Below, piece by piece: positions 26,768 to 40,056 of a stretch of DNA of 64,000 nucleotides. The notes under the pieces were generated by a model. The model was not told the DNA's origin. It was given only the letters and a program-made list of their open reading frames with translations, and searched no databases. Positions within the stretch are counted from its first letter, which is position 1. The number at the start of each line of letters is the position of its first letter. Both the position numbers and the translations under genes were made by a program. Origin of the DNA: Lama guanicoe (taxonomy: Eukaryota); contig MU054187.1 of assembly GCA_013239625.1 (NCBI GenBank), positions 9,009,231 to 9,073,230 of the forward strand. Direction: 5' to 3'.

Positions 26768-29700
26768 TACACACGAAGAGCACCGGACCTGGAGTTACAC
26801 GAGATCCATGTATATGATCCTGGCCAAGTCACACCTCTGTTTTTAAAATGGGAATAATGTTCAGCTCAAAAAATTGTTGAGGATTAAAAAATGACTGAAC
26901 ATTTTCTATGAGTGGTATATAGAGTGCTAAGGAAGTTATGACTTACACTGTTTCACATGAGGGCACTAGTTCTCAGTGGACTGATTTCTCCCAGGAGACG
27001 TGGTCCCTGGCACCCGGAAAAGGTGTCATCTGTGCACAGGGCTGGGGTGGAGCAGCGGGTCTCACAGGCTTTCGTTCTGGTTGTCCTCCCAGTCACAGGC
27101 CCTTCTGTCCTCCTGCTGCATTAAGAATTCCGGTGAGTCTGTGTCTTAGTGGTGAAGGAAGACAATATGAGGGAGCCACTACTAGAAACAAGAGTTTGGG
27201 GAAATCATCCTCCAATAACCTCTGAAAACAGAAGTCCCCGCTGTGGGTCAGGTCTGGGAGAGAGAAGTTTAAACTTGCAGGCGTTACCCAGTAACAGCAG
27301 CTCTGGGGTTGTCAGGCAGAATGAGGCACCTGGTCTTATGACCATATCATTCTCACTGTCACAATACTTGCCGTGAGCCTTCCGCCATTCCTAACTCCTC
27401 TGCCCCTCCTCATCCCGGAGCATCAGCGTTCTTCTGAGCTACCCCCGAACCTGCTTCCTAACATGGTTAGTTCTCCCTTGCAAACCTTGCAAGCTAGTTC
27501 TTCACAGGCACTAGTGCGATCACCTGAGGTCAGACAGCATGAGGAAAACAGCATAACCGAGGAAGGATCTGGAAATCTTGTATATTCTCCTCTGAGACTG
27601 TTGTCCTCAGTCCACTTCATGGGGCTGGAAGCCTTAATGTCCCTCTAGCTTCTCACCCTCCTCTCTGGTAGACGCTCCAGCCTCTTCTAAAGGTCACAGA
27701 GAGAGAGCCTTCCGTAAGCTTGGAGTGTAACCCAAGCAACTCAGACGCGCTCAGGAAGGTAAATGGAAGAGGATCCAAACAGTGCCTCACCCTCCATCCA
27801 GGGAGCCATGGCTGTTCCAGGGCCGTCCAGCCCCTCAGACCTGCTCTCCTAGCTGGAAAAGCCTTACTTTGGGGACAAAGACTTCATGACAGTATTTCTA
27901 CCACAGCTGTGAGCAGCAGCCTTCTGCTCCTGATGTCTCGTCGCCGTCCCTCTTCATTAGTCAGTCACCCTGGTCATCAAAGGACAAGAAAAGATGAGGC
28001 GGAGGCATGGGGGGAGGTGTTTCTGTAACGGCAGCTGTGCTAGCAGTGAGGGAGGGGATGCATATGAGACACCAGTCTGGGGGTCCGGTCGTCCAGGCTC
28101 TCTGCCCCCGTGGCTGCACCTCCGCCTTCCCTCTGCAAGGAGAACACCTGGTGATGCAGAGACTGGCCTGTGACCCGGGATGCAGCCTTGGTTAGCTGGT
28201 CCGATCAGATTCTCCCTTGGGAATTTGAAGAGGAAACCCTGAGAAGGGGGGCAGTTGGTATCTGGAGCTCAAATAAAGATGTCATGAGGTACAAGTGTCC
28301 ACGGGCAGTTCATACAAAGCAGACTATGAAGAAATGAACAAGGCTGTTTTACAGGTTAGGAAGCCACTGAAAAGACTGGGTGACTGGCTTTACATGACGA
28401 AAGACCCAAACCCAACCCATCTAGCCACAAAGACAACACTTTTAAAAACTACACCATCCTGGCCTTTCTAAGCAGACACTCCAAGGTAGAGAAGATTTGG
28501 GGAAAGGACCAGGAGTGTGGGAGAAAGAAGCAGACGCAGCAAAAAGCAACATCTCAGGATGCTCAGACCCCAGGTTCTGCTCCTCCAGCCTTCACAAGGG
28601 CTTGTCTGTTATGAACACAAATCTTCAAGATAAAGTCCCCAGTTAACATGCACTTATCTGAGTGAGCCTCTGCTCCCTGTCATGGAAAAAGCTAATCCCT
28701 ATCTTGTGATGATTCTTAGACGGAAATTCAAAAGTCCTGTTTTCTGCAGATGTTCACCTAGGATCTTAAAACACATCCCTTTATGATACTTTCTTCAAAA
28801 AAGTTTACATATAGAACTTTTACAAATTTCAGCTAAGCTATAACACGGGGGGATACCATGCAGCCAGCCTCCTGGTTCTTCACAGGACATGGCTCAACAG
28901 TAAAGAAACACTTCAAATGTATGCTGAAAAAGCTCAATGTATATCTCAAAGGTAAATGTAATATAAGATGAACTGTGTTAACAAGACTGCTGATGGTACC
29001 AGTGGAGAGTGTCAACAGTGTGCTCCAGTTTTACGTTACAGCTAGAAAGGCTCTAATATTAAACACACGGGTTTCAGGATGACTTAGAAAGTAGTAAAGG
29101 AGTAAAAGTAAAAAATGTGATTGTGATTGAGAAGTATTTTACATATTGAACATCTAAGACTTATATTTTAGAATCAAATTTGAAAGCTAAATGATTTTTA
29201 CCAGTCAAGGATATTAATAATAAGAGTCAAGAATTACTGGAAATGGTGTCATTTTCAACATGAACCCAACAAAATCATTCATTCTCAACAGCTCCCAACA
29301 CTTTGCACTCATTTTGTACAATATAGAAACCTGCCATATTATATAACAAATGCTTTTCACACATCATCTTGTCACCCAAAGGTTTTGAGAACAGAGATCA
29401 TGTTCTGCAATTATTTATACCTTCATTACATCCAGTGCAGTGCTCTGCCCATAACAGGAACTCAGATACTGGTACCACATGACTTCAGCACAGACAGACT
29501 GGTTTCAACATAATTTCCTATAATGGTAGACTGATAGCTAAAAAGGAAACAATACCAAGTTAATTTGTTCAACGTGTGTTGACGGCACGATTTACACCAG
29601 CCCTGTGTCGAGCACAGGAGACAAGATGAAGGAGAGCTGCGTGTCCCCATCAGCCCACCCCCAAGTAGTGGTCCCTCTTCCTGGAGACCACGACCCTTGG

Positions 29701-31157
29701 GGGCCTGCCAAAAGACAAATCCTTAGCAAACAACGAATGGCTCAGGCTCAGTCTTGCAGATATCTGAACAACTGTGTGTTCCAAATGGATGCTGATTAAC
29801 ATGTGCATTTATTTAAAAACATTACTGAATGCATATCAGCTGTCGGTCACTGTCCCAGGCTGATTGGGAGGAGATTTAAACAAAAAATTTATACATTTTT
29901 AAAAAGAGTACGCATGAAAACACTGTAAACCTCTGATGTGAAGTTTTAGGAAAACTGAAAGCTTTAAGAGTCAAAGTTTTTTGGAAAAAGAGGCTGTTAT
30001 AGGAACCTTCAAAGAATTACTAGCACCTCTAACTTATACCTAAGGTACAAATATATTTCCCAGGTTTGCAAAGGACATAAAATAGTTACTTCTGAACAAA
30101 GAGGATCGTTATAAACCATCACATTTACTGAGTACAAATACTGACCAGGAACCAGCTGTTTTAAGTGTTGTGTTGAGCTGAGGCTTACCAGGTTTTCTCT
30201 CCGAGGACCTCTGCCCTAGAGCAGAGGAGATGCCCCACCACTAAAGGTTGGCCCAGACCCCTTGAGGGCTGCCACAATGCTCTACACTTCTTCGAAGTCT
30301 CCTATTTTATCTTAAAAATTCATGTGAATTTTGCATTGTTTCATAATGTTTAATTACTTATTTTAAATGTGATCTAAATGTACTGTTTCCTCAAATTTTT
30401 CTAGAAAATCAGTGTTCACGGAATATAGGTCCTATTTAAAAAGCAGGGCTGTAGACGGTAAGCCCTCATATATGTAACAAAACATAGCTTTCCAATGGGT
30501 TTATCACACCTGTAGGCAGGAAATGAGAGCAACATTTAGGTGTCTCCCCTTGAGAATGGAAATAAAAAATCAATCCTCTGAATATCAAACAGTGAAAAAT
30601 GCAAGGGGTCAGAGAAGCAGCAAGCAGTCACACACCGGCAGACAGAGCCCGGGCAGGTTCACCTGAGACAGGCTGACAGTCTGGCATCTACTGGACGTGC
30701 CACACAGAAGCAGGCATGGAGGAGCAGATGCCAGCAGAGAACCTCCAGCATCGTCCTGGGAGCCCTGGTCCACAGGCACGAGTGTCGGCAGGAGCATCCC
30801 CGTAGGATGCGTGGGGCAGCTTGCTCCCCAAGCTCAGAATCCATGTTCGCCAAGTAACCGGCTGATCAGAATGTGGCTTCCCAAGATCTGCCTGAAGGGA
30901 GAGAATGATTGATGGTTATATTTCTCATTGTAAATTACACTAAAATAAACACCTTTAAAAAATATCATTTACCGTGAGCTTGGTTAATGTAAGTTTGCTG
31001 TGAGGTAGTTCCACCCTCCGTGTGCTGAGATTCTAGCGGGTTGGATCCTTATCAGATTCTGGACGCATGAGATCTGCCACGGTGATGCTGCCTCATGTAA
31101 GTGGCCAGTTAACCTTCCCCAGGTCACCGTCAGCTCTGCCACCATCAGACTTCTGTA

Positions 31158-31467
31158 CCCAGCTGTCTAGCGTGGTGGCCACAAGCCCATGTGGAGACTG
31201 GGCCCTTGAAACGTGGCTAGTCCAAACTGAGATGCGCTGTAAGCCTAAAATACACGCCAGATCTGAAAGACACCGTAACAGAAAAAAGAAGGTAAAACAT
31301 CTCCTAATTGTTTTTTATAATGACTATATATTGAAATGAGAAAATATTTTGGCTGTATTGGAATAAATGCTATTAAAATTAATTCCATCTGTTTCTTTTT
31401 CATTTTTCAAATGTGACTACTCAAAAATTGACAGTCACACAGGCTCACGTTATATCCTACTGGACAT
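31158..31467. mobile_element. MER33-like hAT-Charlie DNA transposon remnant
   Basis: gtggccacaagcccatgtgg...tgaaacgtggctagtccaaactgagatgcgctgtaag...aaatacac ... tatatcctactggaca. Confidence 0.7.
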
Positions 31468-31967
31468 CCCTCTCCCATGAAAATAATGACTTTTTAAAAA
31501 AAAAAATGAACAACTCTGTTTGAGTTCAAAGTTTGCACTCATCCTGTCTAATGAAATGGACTTGGGAAGATCCGGAAAGGCCCGGTGGTACATTTCTTAC
31601 ACTGACAGTAATCAAGTATAATTAAGTGAGACTTTCTCACTACTTGAGTTTTAAAAGGCCAACAAAACTAGTATCTTGGTACCTGCAAGAGGCGCTGGGG
31701 TTCCCAACTGTGGAATCCAGAGCTGACTTCCCTTGGGGATCAGTCAGGACTCTGCAGACTGCGCCTGGGCCTCAGCTCACTCCCCGTGAGGTGGAGATGA
31801 CCCCGCAGGACCGTGCCTGCAACCGGCTCTGCCTGCACCCATGTCTGATGAGTGAATGCCAGAGCCAAGAAGCTAATTCCCTGATTTTCTAGTAATTTAG
31901 CATCATGAATTCCAAAAGATTGAGTTAGAAGGTAAATATCAAAGATGAAAATGTGAAAAGATAGGTT

Positions 31968-31973
31968 TTTATT
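31968..31973 (-). terminator. Probable PDE7A polyadenylation signal AATAAA (3' UTR about 1.55 kb); other AATAAA at 32654-32659 and 29808-29813
   Basis: tttatt on + strand; A-rich + strand below it gives a U-rich downstream element on the mRNA. Confidence 0.6.
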
Positions 31974-33522
31974 CATCAAAAGTTAAACAGCAACAGGCAC
32001 GTATTAAAATGAGTACGGCAAAGCCTCTGACAAAGGGCTTTACGCTCAAGCTTTCTCCCAAGAAAATGGCTGTTGCAACAAACTGTAAACATAATTAAGA
32101 AACAGTCTTTTACAGTAACAAGGGAAATACAATTGAACTAAAAGAAAGCACCAGTTTCTCTTACAACTAGATTACAGTTGTGCTTACTATACAGAAAACA
32201 ATGTAAAACAAATTACAAAAGTGGAATGTTGTAAGTTTAAAATTAGTCCTTAGATTTTGTCCTATAAAACATCTGTTCACATCAAAAGGCCCGTCAAAGG
32301 GTAACGTTTCATCAAAGGGAGGGACAAGAAAACAATGCACTTTTTTCAAATCAAAACAAGAAGTTTGGTCACTTAGCTTTGTGCATAGTTTAAGGCAACT
32401 GGAGCGATCAGTCGCAGCGCACCTCCCTGCCCCTCCCCAAGTGTGGCTGCTCATTATGTCACATTCTAAAATAATAAATAAAAGCGGACGTTTCCAATCC
32501 CTCCCACGTGGATAAATAGGACACATGCACAGTCACACATGCACGAGCGTGCCCGCAAACACACATCCGCACACACACACCACGCCTCTCACTCACTGCA
32601 GCGAGAGGGGACTCTAGTACCCTTGCTCTGAAGGACACACGTGCCCATCCCACTTTATTTCATATTGGCAAATACCCTGAGCTGATTATGGTGTTTTAAA
32701 CATTCCACCTTTTTCTTGCATGTGCAGGTCAAGTGTACAGTAGTGAAAACAACATGCAATGTCTTCACTGCAGAATCATAATACAGCTAGGACACTGGTG
32801 TTCTGCCCCGCCCTCCCCCAATTAAAATCTAAGTTAAAAAAATTGCATTGCCGAACAGCACTGGAGTGAAAGCTGGCGGTGCTCTAAGATAAATGCTCAG
32901 TTTCCAGTGCACAAAGTAAAAATGGAGCAAATGGGAGGCTTTGGTGGCATCCAAAGAAGAAAAGGCAAACCGGGGGAAGAGCTGCAGTTTAAGGTTTGAT
33001 CTTTAAAATTCTTAGTGGTTCTTTCACAATCATGCTCCAAGGCAAATTTAGAACCAATATTTCAGAGTTGGTTTGTAAACATCGAGTCTTGCCAGAGGTG
33101 GCAGAGGCTGGGCACTTCACAGTTCCATTTTGTCCGAGAGAACTTAGTGGAAGCTACAGACACACACTGTTGCGTCAGACTGGTTAACTCCAAGAGACTC
33201 TGCTGAAGGCTTCAGTTCAAGTTTCACGGCGCTCCGAGGGGCGTGGGGCTCAGCAAATCCTCCTTCGGCCTTCCCTTCGCTTCGCGCCCGCCGGGCTTTG
33301 CATGTTCGAGGTTTCGCACAAAAGCCAAACGCATATTGCTGTATGTTCAGGTCGGGTAATTAAAAAGTGGGTTCAAATGATCCAACACAGGAAATCTTGG
33401 AAATAAATAATGCTGGCATCATTCACTTCCCTTGGCAGTCAAGGGTCAGCTCTCTCACCTCAAGACCCCATTCACATTTCTAAAAGCCTCCAGGAGGCAG
33501 TCTGTCTCACCGATCCTAGGGG

Positions 33523-33731
33523 TTATGATAACCGGTTTTCCTGAGGTAATAACTGTGCGTTCAGCTCCTCAAATGCAGCATCAGTGTCCTCACTGCTCGA
33601 CTGTTCTCTCTGCAGTCCCTTCCAGCTGGCTTTATTCAGCCCCACGTGCCCGAGCATTGTCTGGGACAGCCTGGTATTGGAAAACCGGGCCCATTCTGTG
33701 AATAAAGGCTCCACTAGGTAAGTCATGAAAC
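33523..33731 (-). CDS. PDE7A: PDE7A last coding exon (13), [17 protein letters not shown]...[10 protein letters not shown]
   Basis: Acceptor ttttctcgag|, stop TAA at 33525-33523; ORF track 33523..33726. Confidence 0.96.
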
Positions 33732-33989
33732 CTCGAGAAAATAAGAGAAAAAAGGTGTTAACCTACATCCTGAAACCTTATCTTTAAAACATCTATATAG
33801 TGTTTACGCTCTTAAGTCCTATTCTTATTTCAGCCAACTCTCTGAAGAACAGGGCACAGCACAGTTGGAGGGCGGGGGGACCAGGCCTGGACTGAAGGGC
33901 AGCTCCAGCTGGGGCACCGCTCTGTCCCCTCAGGGATGGTAATCTTCACACCTGTCAAGATCACAGGTGGCCATTTTAAGTAATTCAGA

Positions 33990-34113
33990 GAGGGGAGGGT
34001 ATAGCTCAGTGGTAAAACACATGCTTAGCAGATACGAGGTCCTGGGTTCATTCAATCCCTAGTACCTCCATTAAAAAATAAAGGCCTAATTTCCTATCCT
34101 CCCTCAAAAAAAA
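33990..34113 (+). mobile_element. tRNA-derived SINE (Vic-1-like)
   Basis: GGGGAGGGTATAGCTCAGTGGTA...GGTCCTGGGTTCA; flanking near-repeat aagtaattcaga / aattaactcaga. Confidence 0.85.
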
Positions 34114-35326
34114 TTAACTCAGAATTTATAAAGCCAAACCTCATGACAAAAAGTATGTGTCTACAAAGAACAGAGGAGATTAAACCATTATTAAAGTGAA
34201 CACCAAAGTATACCAAGGTCCTACCTTATAGACAACTCATACAATCGTCTCCCTTAATTCACAGTCAGAAAGAGAAAATGAGTAAGTTCGGGACTGTCCG
34301 CATCTCTAGGTTATATAGCACGTTGTTCCCGACTCAACACTACACAGGGTAAAAGCAGCACCGTAGGAAATACCTCAACAACCAAATCACATATATTAGG
34401 AGAAGCAAGTAAGACTATCTTCCTGCATTTTTGATCAGTTGCGGACAGAGGAAATGTACGTTCAAATTCTATCACTCCTTGTTTAACAATTTTTAAATTT
34501 TCTTCATCTTAAAAACTTTTCTTCTCAGCAACAGACCACGTGGCCCACAGACAATATGGGTTCCGTTTAGCCAACAAAAAAAATCTCACCGGAAGTAAAG
34601 CAGTTAGCAGCCACCACTTTTAATTAAAAAAGTCATATGAGGTCTGATGGTTGAATTTTTTCAAGTGTACAAATTACGGTATCTGCAGCAGTAGTTATGA
34701 GATTGGAAATAAGGCTTTCTTCCATCTTGTCCATTCCCTCCACACACGTTAACTGAGAACCTACTATGTGCCAGACACTGTTCGGTGGGGGGAGGGCAGG
34801 GATAAGCATGAACAGACAGACGAGATGTGCCCTCAACGAGTTATGTTCCGGTGAGGAGGAAGAGATAACACGGAAACACGTCATTACTGCAGTCAAAGAG
34901 CATCATGGCATTTTTGGGCAGCCATCCTCACACCTCTGTGTTAGGCTGATCCAGACACTCAGAGCCCTGTCTTTTCCAGGAGCCAGAGTTAAGTCATGAG
35001 CAGCTGGAGTTCTGGACCCAAAGGCAGAACTTTATCACAGGTTTCACGATTCATCTTACTTGATTCTCCCCTTGTTCCACCTGGTGAGAACTTCTGCATC
35101 CTGTCTCTAACATCCAACAAATTAGCTCTCACTTCTGGCTCTCTGTTACCTAAGATTCTTTTAGGTCTCAAGCACCTTGTAACAAAGAACAGGCCGGGGC
35201 CACAGACACCATCACACAGGCCCCAGTCAGAAGGGGGGACTCCTATTTATTTGCTGCTCAACCACTTGTGAACCCACTTAACTTTCTGTGAACTAAAATC
35301 AAATGAGAGTAAATTGTAAGAGTCAA

Positions 35327-35327
<1 letters not shown>

Positions 35328-35363
<36 letters not shown>
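35328..35363 (+). repeat. Poly(A)36 tract (poly-U on the PDE7A pre-mRNA, intron 12)
   Basis: Directly visible run of 36 A. Confidence 0.95.
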
Positions 35364-35367
<4 letters not shown>

Positions 35368-35479
35368 TTAAAGGGCAAAATTTCTTAATTTAAAAATTAG
35401 AAACAAGCATAACTTTAATACTCATATTTCAAATGTGTATCTCTTCTTGACAGAATTAAAATCAACAGGATTTTTTTCA

Positions 35480-35596
<117 letters not shown>

Positions 35597-36266
35597 TTAA
35601 AAAGAGAGAGAGAATTCTTAATGTGGAATATACCTATTAGTTAAATATATAATTAAAGTCTTCATCTTACTCATAAATTCCTTAGGGAAAAACGTAACAT
35701 ACCTAATGCTCATGAAAGGACGAACGGCTTCTAAATTAGTTCTTTTTTAAATTTTAAGTTATTCACACACAGGAAAGGTTACCAAACTGACATCCTATTT
35801 TAAATGGCGAGGGTGGAAAACTTTCACTAGGTGTTACCCCAAGACTGTAACTCTGTCAGTATTTTAATTTCAAACTTAGATTTCTAAAAGGAAATTGTAT
35901 GGAATAAATATCCTTTCCTCTTGGCTTTAAATCACAAAATATGTCTTACCTGTTCACACGGCCATGGTCCCTGCACAAGACAAGAATGGAGCAAGGGCAG
36001 GAAAACCCTATACAGCAAAATTTCCAACCTGGTCTATGTCTATTCATCAGTGCGTACACACACAGTTTGATTATTCCAAAAGAAAATTTTCAAAACAGAT
36101 GCTCAATGTGTGTATTTGTATATTATTGGTTATATGTACATTTACTCTGAATTGTCACTAAAACTATCAAACACCTACTGCTGGACTCTGCAAATGTCTG
36201 AGTTATTTTATTCATATGATGCTAAAAAATGAACTGAACAGATTATCACCCAATACTGTAACTTGC

Positions 36267-36363
36267 CTTGATGGAAGAATTCCTCTGTTACTTTTTCACT
36301 CCACTGCTTGCTTAATTCCCAAGTCCGACATGGGTTACAAATATCAGCACATTTCAAAGCCAT
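36267..36363 (-). CDS. PDE7A: PDE7A exon 11, [32 protein letters not shown] (GC donor)
   Basis: ttgttag| acceptor; donor AAG|gcaagt is required to keep phase 1 with exon 12; 97 nt. Confidence 0.95.
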
Positions 36364-36959
36364 CTAACAAGCAAAACAGTGAAATTGTCTTAAGAAAAGT
36401 AAGTAAAATTTGAATTGTATTAAGTTTAAATACACTCTAACAGTGAGGAGAAGAACCCCTGAAAAAAGAAAATGTTGCGACAGGAAATTCATTGTCTTTT
36501 ATACTGATTTTTATGATGCTCCTAGGTCTACCAATGATTTTTGCGGAAATACTGAAAGACTGCTAAAATCATTATATATATAACATTATTATACATGTTT
36601 GATAATTCCAGAGAGCCAAGCATAGGACTGGATTAACCAGAAAGTTACAAACAAATCATCCAATTCTCCCTCATTTTTCAGACGTGAGAATTTCCTAAAA
36701 TAAAATGCTGTTTGTTGATTGGAACCCTCATTCTGCAAAAACTGTTTTTGTCAGAAATCCCAAGTATGGAAAATACAAAAGCAACAGTGCTTTTCCTAGG
36801 CAGAAGACTTGCCTTTTCGAAAGTTTTACTGATGGAAGGAAACATCACGGTTTCCCCCCAGATTTAACCACTCAGAAAACGACACAAGAATATTTCATTT
36901 TCATTCTAACAATCACATGATCCGCCTAAGAAATAGGACCTTTCCAAGCCCCATTTTAC

Positions 36960-37104
36960 CTGTAAAACCAAATGCCTATGCCTGGCGTCTTCCAGGCGTA
37001 AGTCGCCTCTGTCCAGATGGGCCCTGAACAAGGACAGGTACTCGTTCTGGCGGCTGATGTCTGTGGCCAGTATCAGAGCGCCTATCTGAGCCTCCATCTG
37101 TTGC
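36960..37104 (-). CDS. PDE7A: PDE7A exon 10, [23 protein letters not shown]...RHRHLVLQ
   Basis: ctccag| acceptor, CAG|gtaaaa donor, 145 nt phase 2-0. Confidence 0.97.
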
Positions 37105-38831
37105 CTGGAGTTTAGAGAAACAGAAACAGAAATACAACACTTTCAAGTAAATAGTTACTTCTTGACTTTTCTTCCTTAATCTTAGTACTCAGAAATCTTT
37201 ATAGGGCCTAAGATACTGTAATTGCCATTCAACCATTAACCTATCATAAAAGATGGATTTTAAAGAATGCATACGAAAAAACCCACTAAAATAATCAAAA
37301 CTAAAACCAAGAGCGTTTGTAGGAAAAACTACTATGCAAACATTCCAAAAGGAATGCCTTTACTTTGCCAGCCAAGGTGAAATTATATGGCTGAAAAAGA
37401 AAGAAAAAAAGAAAGAAAGAAAAATCTATGAAAGATTGGTATGTTGTTTGAGAAAATTCTTTGCTGGGATGGGCTGAGGGTAAACAACTTTGGATTCTTT
37501 TTTGGAGCCTGAGATCTGAGAGGCAGAAGAAAAGTTCTGATGGAGGAAGAATAGCCTGGCCAAAAACTATCTTCTGCAGACATTTTGATGATGTCTGATT
37601 AAATCCTGACAAAATTCCACCAAACAATTTGACAAAGTTTAGCTTCAACTATATTTTCAGGGTTAAATTCAAGAATCAATCAATTATCTGTATGACTATT
37701 CAAATTTTCTGGAAGGGAAAAGGTAGCATGTTAATACAAGTAACAAATACATTATTATATTATTTTAAAAACTGTCTTAAGTCAAATAAGAGAAATTTTT
37801 TAAAGTCTTGCCTCTGTTTCAGTTGGCCACAGAAAATACTATCTCTGTATAATGATCAGTATAGAGCTGTCAATAACAGATTAAAAGGCTCGTAATATTG
37901 AATATTAAGTAAAATAAATTCTAAATAAGGAAAACACAGAAGAATGCTAGTATGTAGTATTCCTTATGTTGTTTTTATTTGCATTAAATCTGATAATTCA
38001 ACAAGGGTTAATCATCAAATACAAAACATGATAAAAAGGGAACAAACAATTTAATCTGAAGCAAATAATTTAATCTTAGTCAAGAGAAAGAGAATTTATA
38101 TAAACAAACACTGTGTGGGCTAAGCAATTTTTCTATTTATACTACAGTAAGAAATAACTTTACTTACCAGAAGTATTGTCATAACTCCAAATGGTATCCA
38201 TGAATAAAGATTTAAAAAAATAAAAAATAAAGTCCAGCTTTTTTCTTACGGTCATTATAAAAAAACACTTCAGTTTTTTCTAGAGGTGTTTTAAATTGTG
38301 AAAGGGAAAAAGGAAAGGACGATGATATGATTTTTCCTTAAAAAGATTAGTACTTTCTGTCCTTTCTGTTCATTACTTTATCCTGTAACTCTGGAAGTGA
38401 CTCCAGGACTATGCTATTGAGGATATAAAGGATTCTTTTTACTTTTTATCAGTTTTGAAAACTTCCTGAAACAGATTTTAACAATTCTATTTCTTATACA
38501 GAATGTTTGCTTTCTAGATGTAATTTACCTTTACATCTAGAACTTATGGTTTTAGTCAAATGAGCATGAAATGGAAATATGTAATACTATTCACATAAAT
38601 AAGCAGTGAACTATGACTGAGCCGTTGTGTATTTGGAGTAGATTTTATACTATCCATGGAGTAATCTTTCATAAAATTTCACTAAAAAATACTATTGACT
38701 GTACTGTAAAATAGGTTTAAATAACCAAAATGTTGATATAAATTTGTAAAACAAAATAATTTACCCGTTAAATTGAATAAAATCCGAAAATTGTGGAACA
38801 TCTGAATATAACATAATTTTTAAAAACTTTA

Positions 38832-38990
<159 letters not shown>

Positions 38991-39183
38991 CTACAAAAAA
39001 AGGACATATTTTGAGTTACTAAATGGTCTTTTTCTGAACATAAAGAATTATTTGTAAATAATATTAATCTGGTTAAAATTCTAACATTCATTGAGAATTT
39101 GTTTCCTACCTTCACTTCTTTAAAACATGAAAGATTTTCTAGAATGCAAGAACATTCGATCTGGATGATAATATTGTACTAAC

Positions 39184-39315
39184 CTTGTATAAAGTTGCCA
39201 AGTAATGGTTTGTTTTAATAAGGAAAGGTTGATTAACACCTGGATGATCCAGATCATGAGTGGCAGCTGCAATTAAGCTGAGCAAGATGTCCCAAGGAGT
39301 TACAGAGTTGGCAAG
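39184..39315 (-). CDS. PDE7A: PDE7A exon 8, [44 protein letters not shown]
   Basis: ccgtag| acceptor, AAG|gttagt donor, 132 nt; PDEase signature [10 protein letters not shown]. Confidence 0.97.
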
Positions 39316-39699
39316 CTACGGCAGGACAAAAAGAGTAACTGACGACAGACATTTCTGAAACAAATCTACTACCTCAATCATAGCTCTCAGCCCCAAGTGA
39401 GAGTACTGACCACCTCCCCTCCTTCCGTGTTTCTCAGGGTGTTCACTTAGGTCACTGAGCACCTGCCAGGTGCTGGTCTCCTCGTCAAGCTGGGGGCAGA
39501 CGATATGACAGTATCCCTCCCATGGGGCACTGACGGATGCAGCTCCTCCTTACACTGTTGTTGTTGGCCATTTTAAACAAGCTTAATTCATATGACAGCT
39601 AAAGTATAAACCATCTTTTTGAGAAATAATAGCTATAAAACAACAGAGGTTTGAGGTTGTTTTTTTTAACAGAGGTTTTTGTTACTGTAGCTACTACCA

Positions 39700-39905
39700 A
39701 ATAGAAAAGGTTTAAAGAAAATTTTTATTGTGGTGAGAATACTTAGGGTGAGATCTACCCCTTCAACAGATTTTTCAGAGTACAATACAATAGACCTATG
39801 TATTGTACACAGTTACAATGTGCCAATCTCTGGTGTACAGAACAATGTCCCAGTCATGCATATACATATATATATTTGTTTTCATATTTTTTTCTTTACA
39901 TTTTC
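39700..39905 (-). mobile_element. LINE-1 3'-end fragments
   Basis: gtggtgagaatacttagggtgagatctacc and tacaatgtgccaatctctggtgtacagaacaatgtcccagtcatgcatatac resemble antisense L1 3' UTRs. Confidence 0.55.
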
Positions 39906-39913
39906 TCGGTGAC

Positions 39914-40056
39914 TTTATTTATTTTTGTTTATTTATTTATTTATTTTTTGCGGGGGAAGTAATTAGGTTTATCTTTTAGAGACGGTATGGGGGATTGAAC
40001 CCAGGACCGTGTGCATGCTAAGCATGTGCTCTACCACTTGAGCTACACCCTCCCCC
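39914..40056 (-). mobile_element. tRNA-derived SINE (Vic-1-like)
   Basis: gattgaacccaggacc...gctaagcatgtgctctaccacttgagctacaccctccccc with (TTTA)n tail. Confidence 0.85.

Noticed and set aside
35328..35363. Poly(A)36 as the tail of a processed pseudogene
   Set aside because: No recognisable retrocopy body or target-site duplication upstream.
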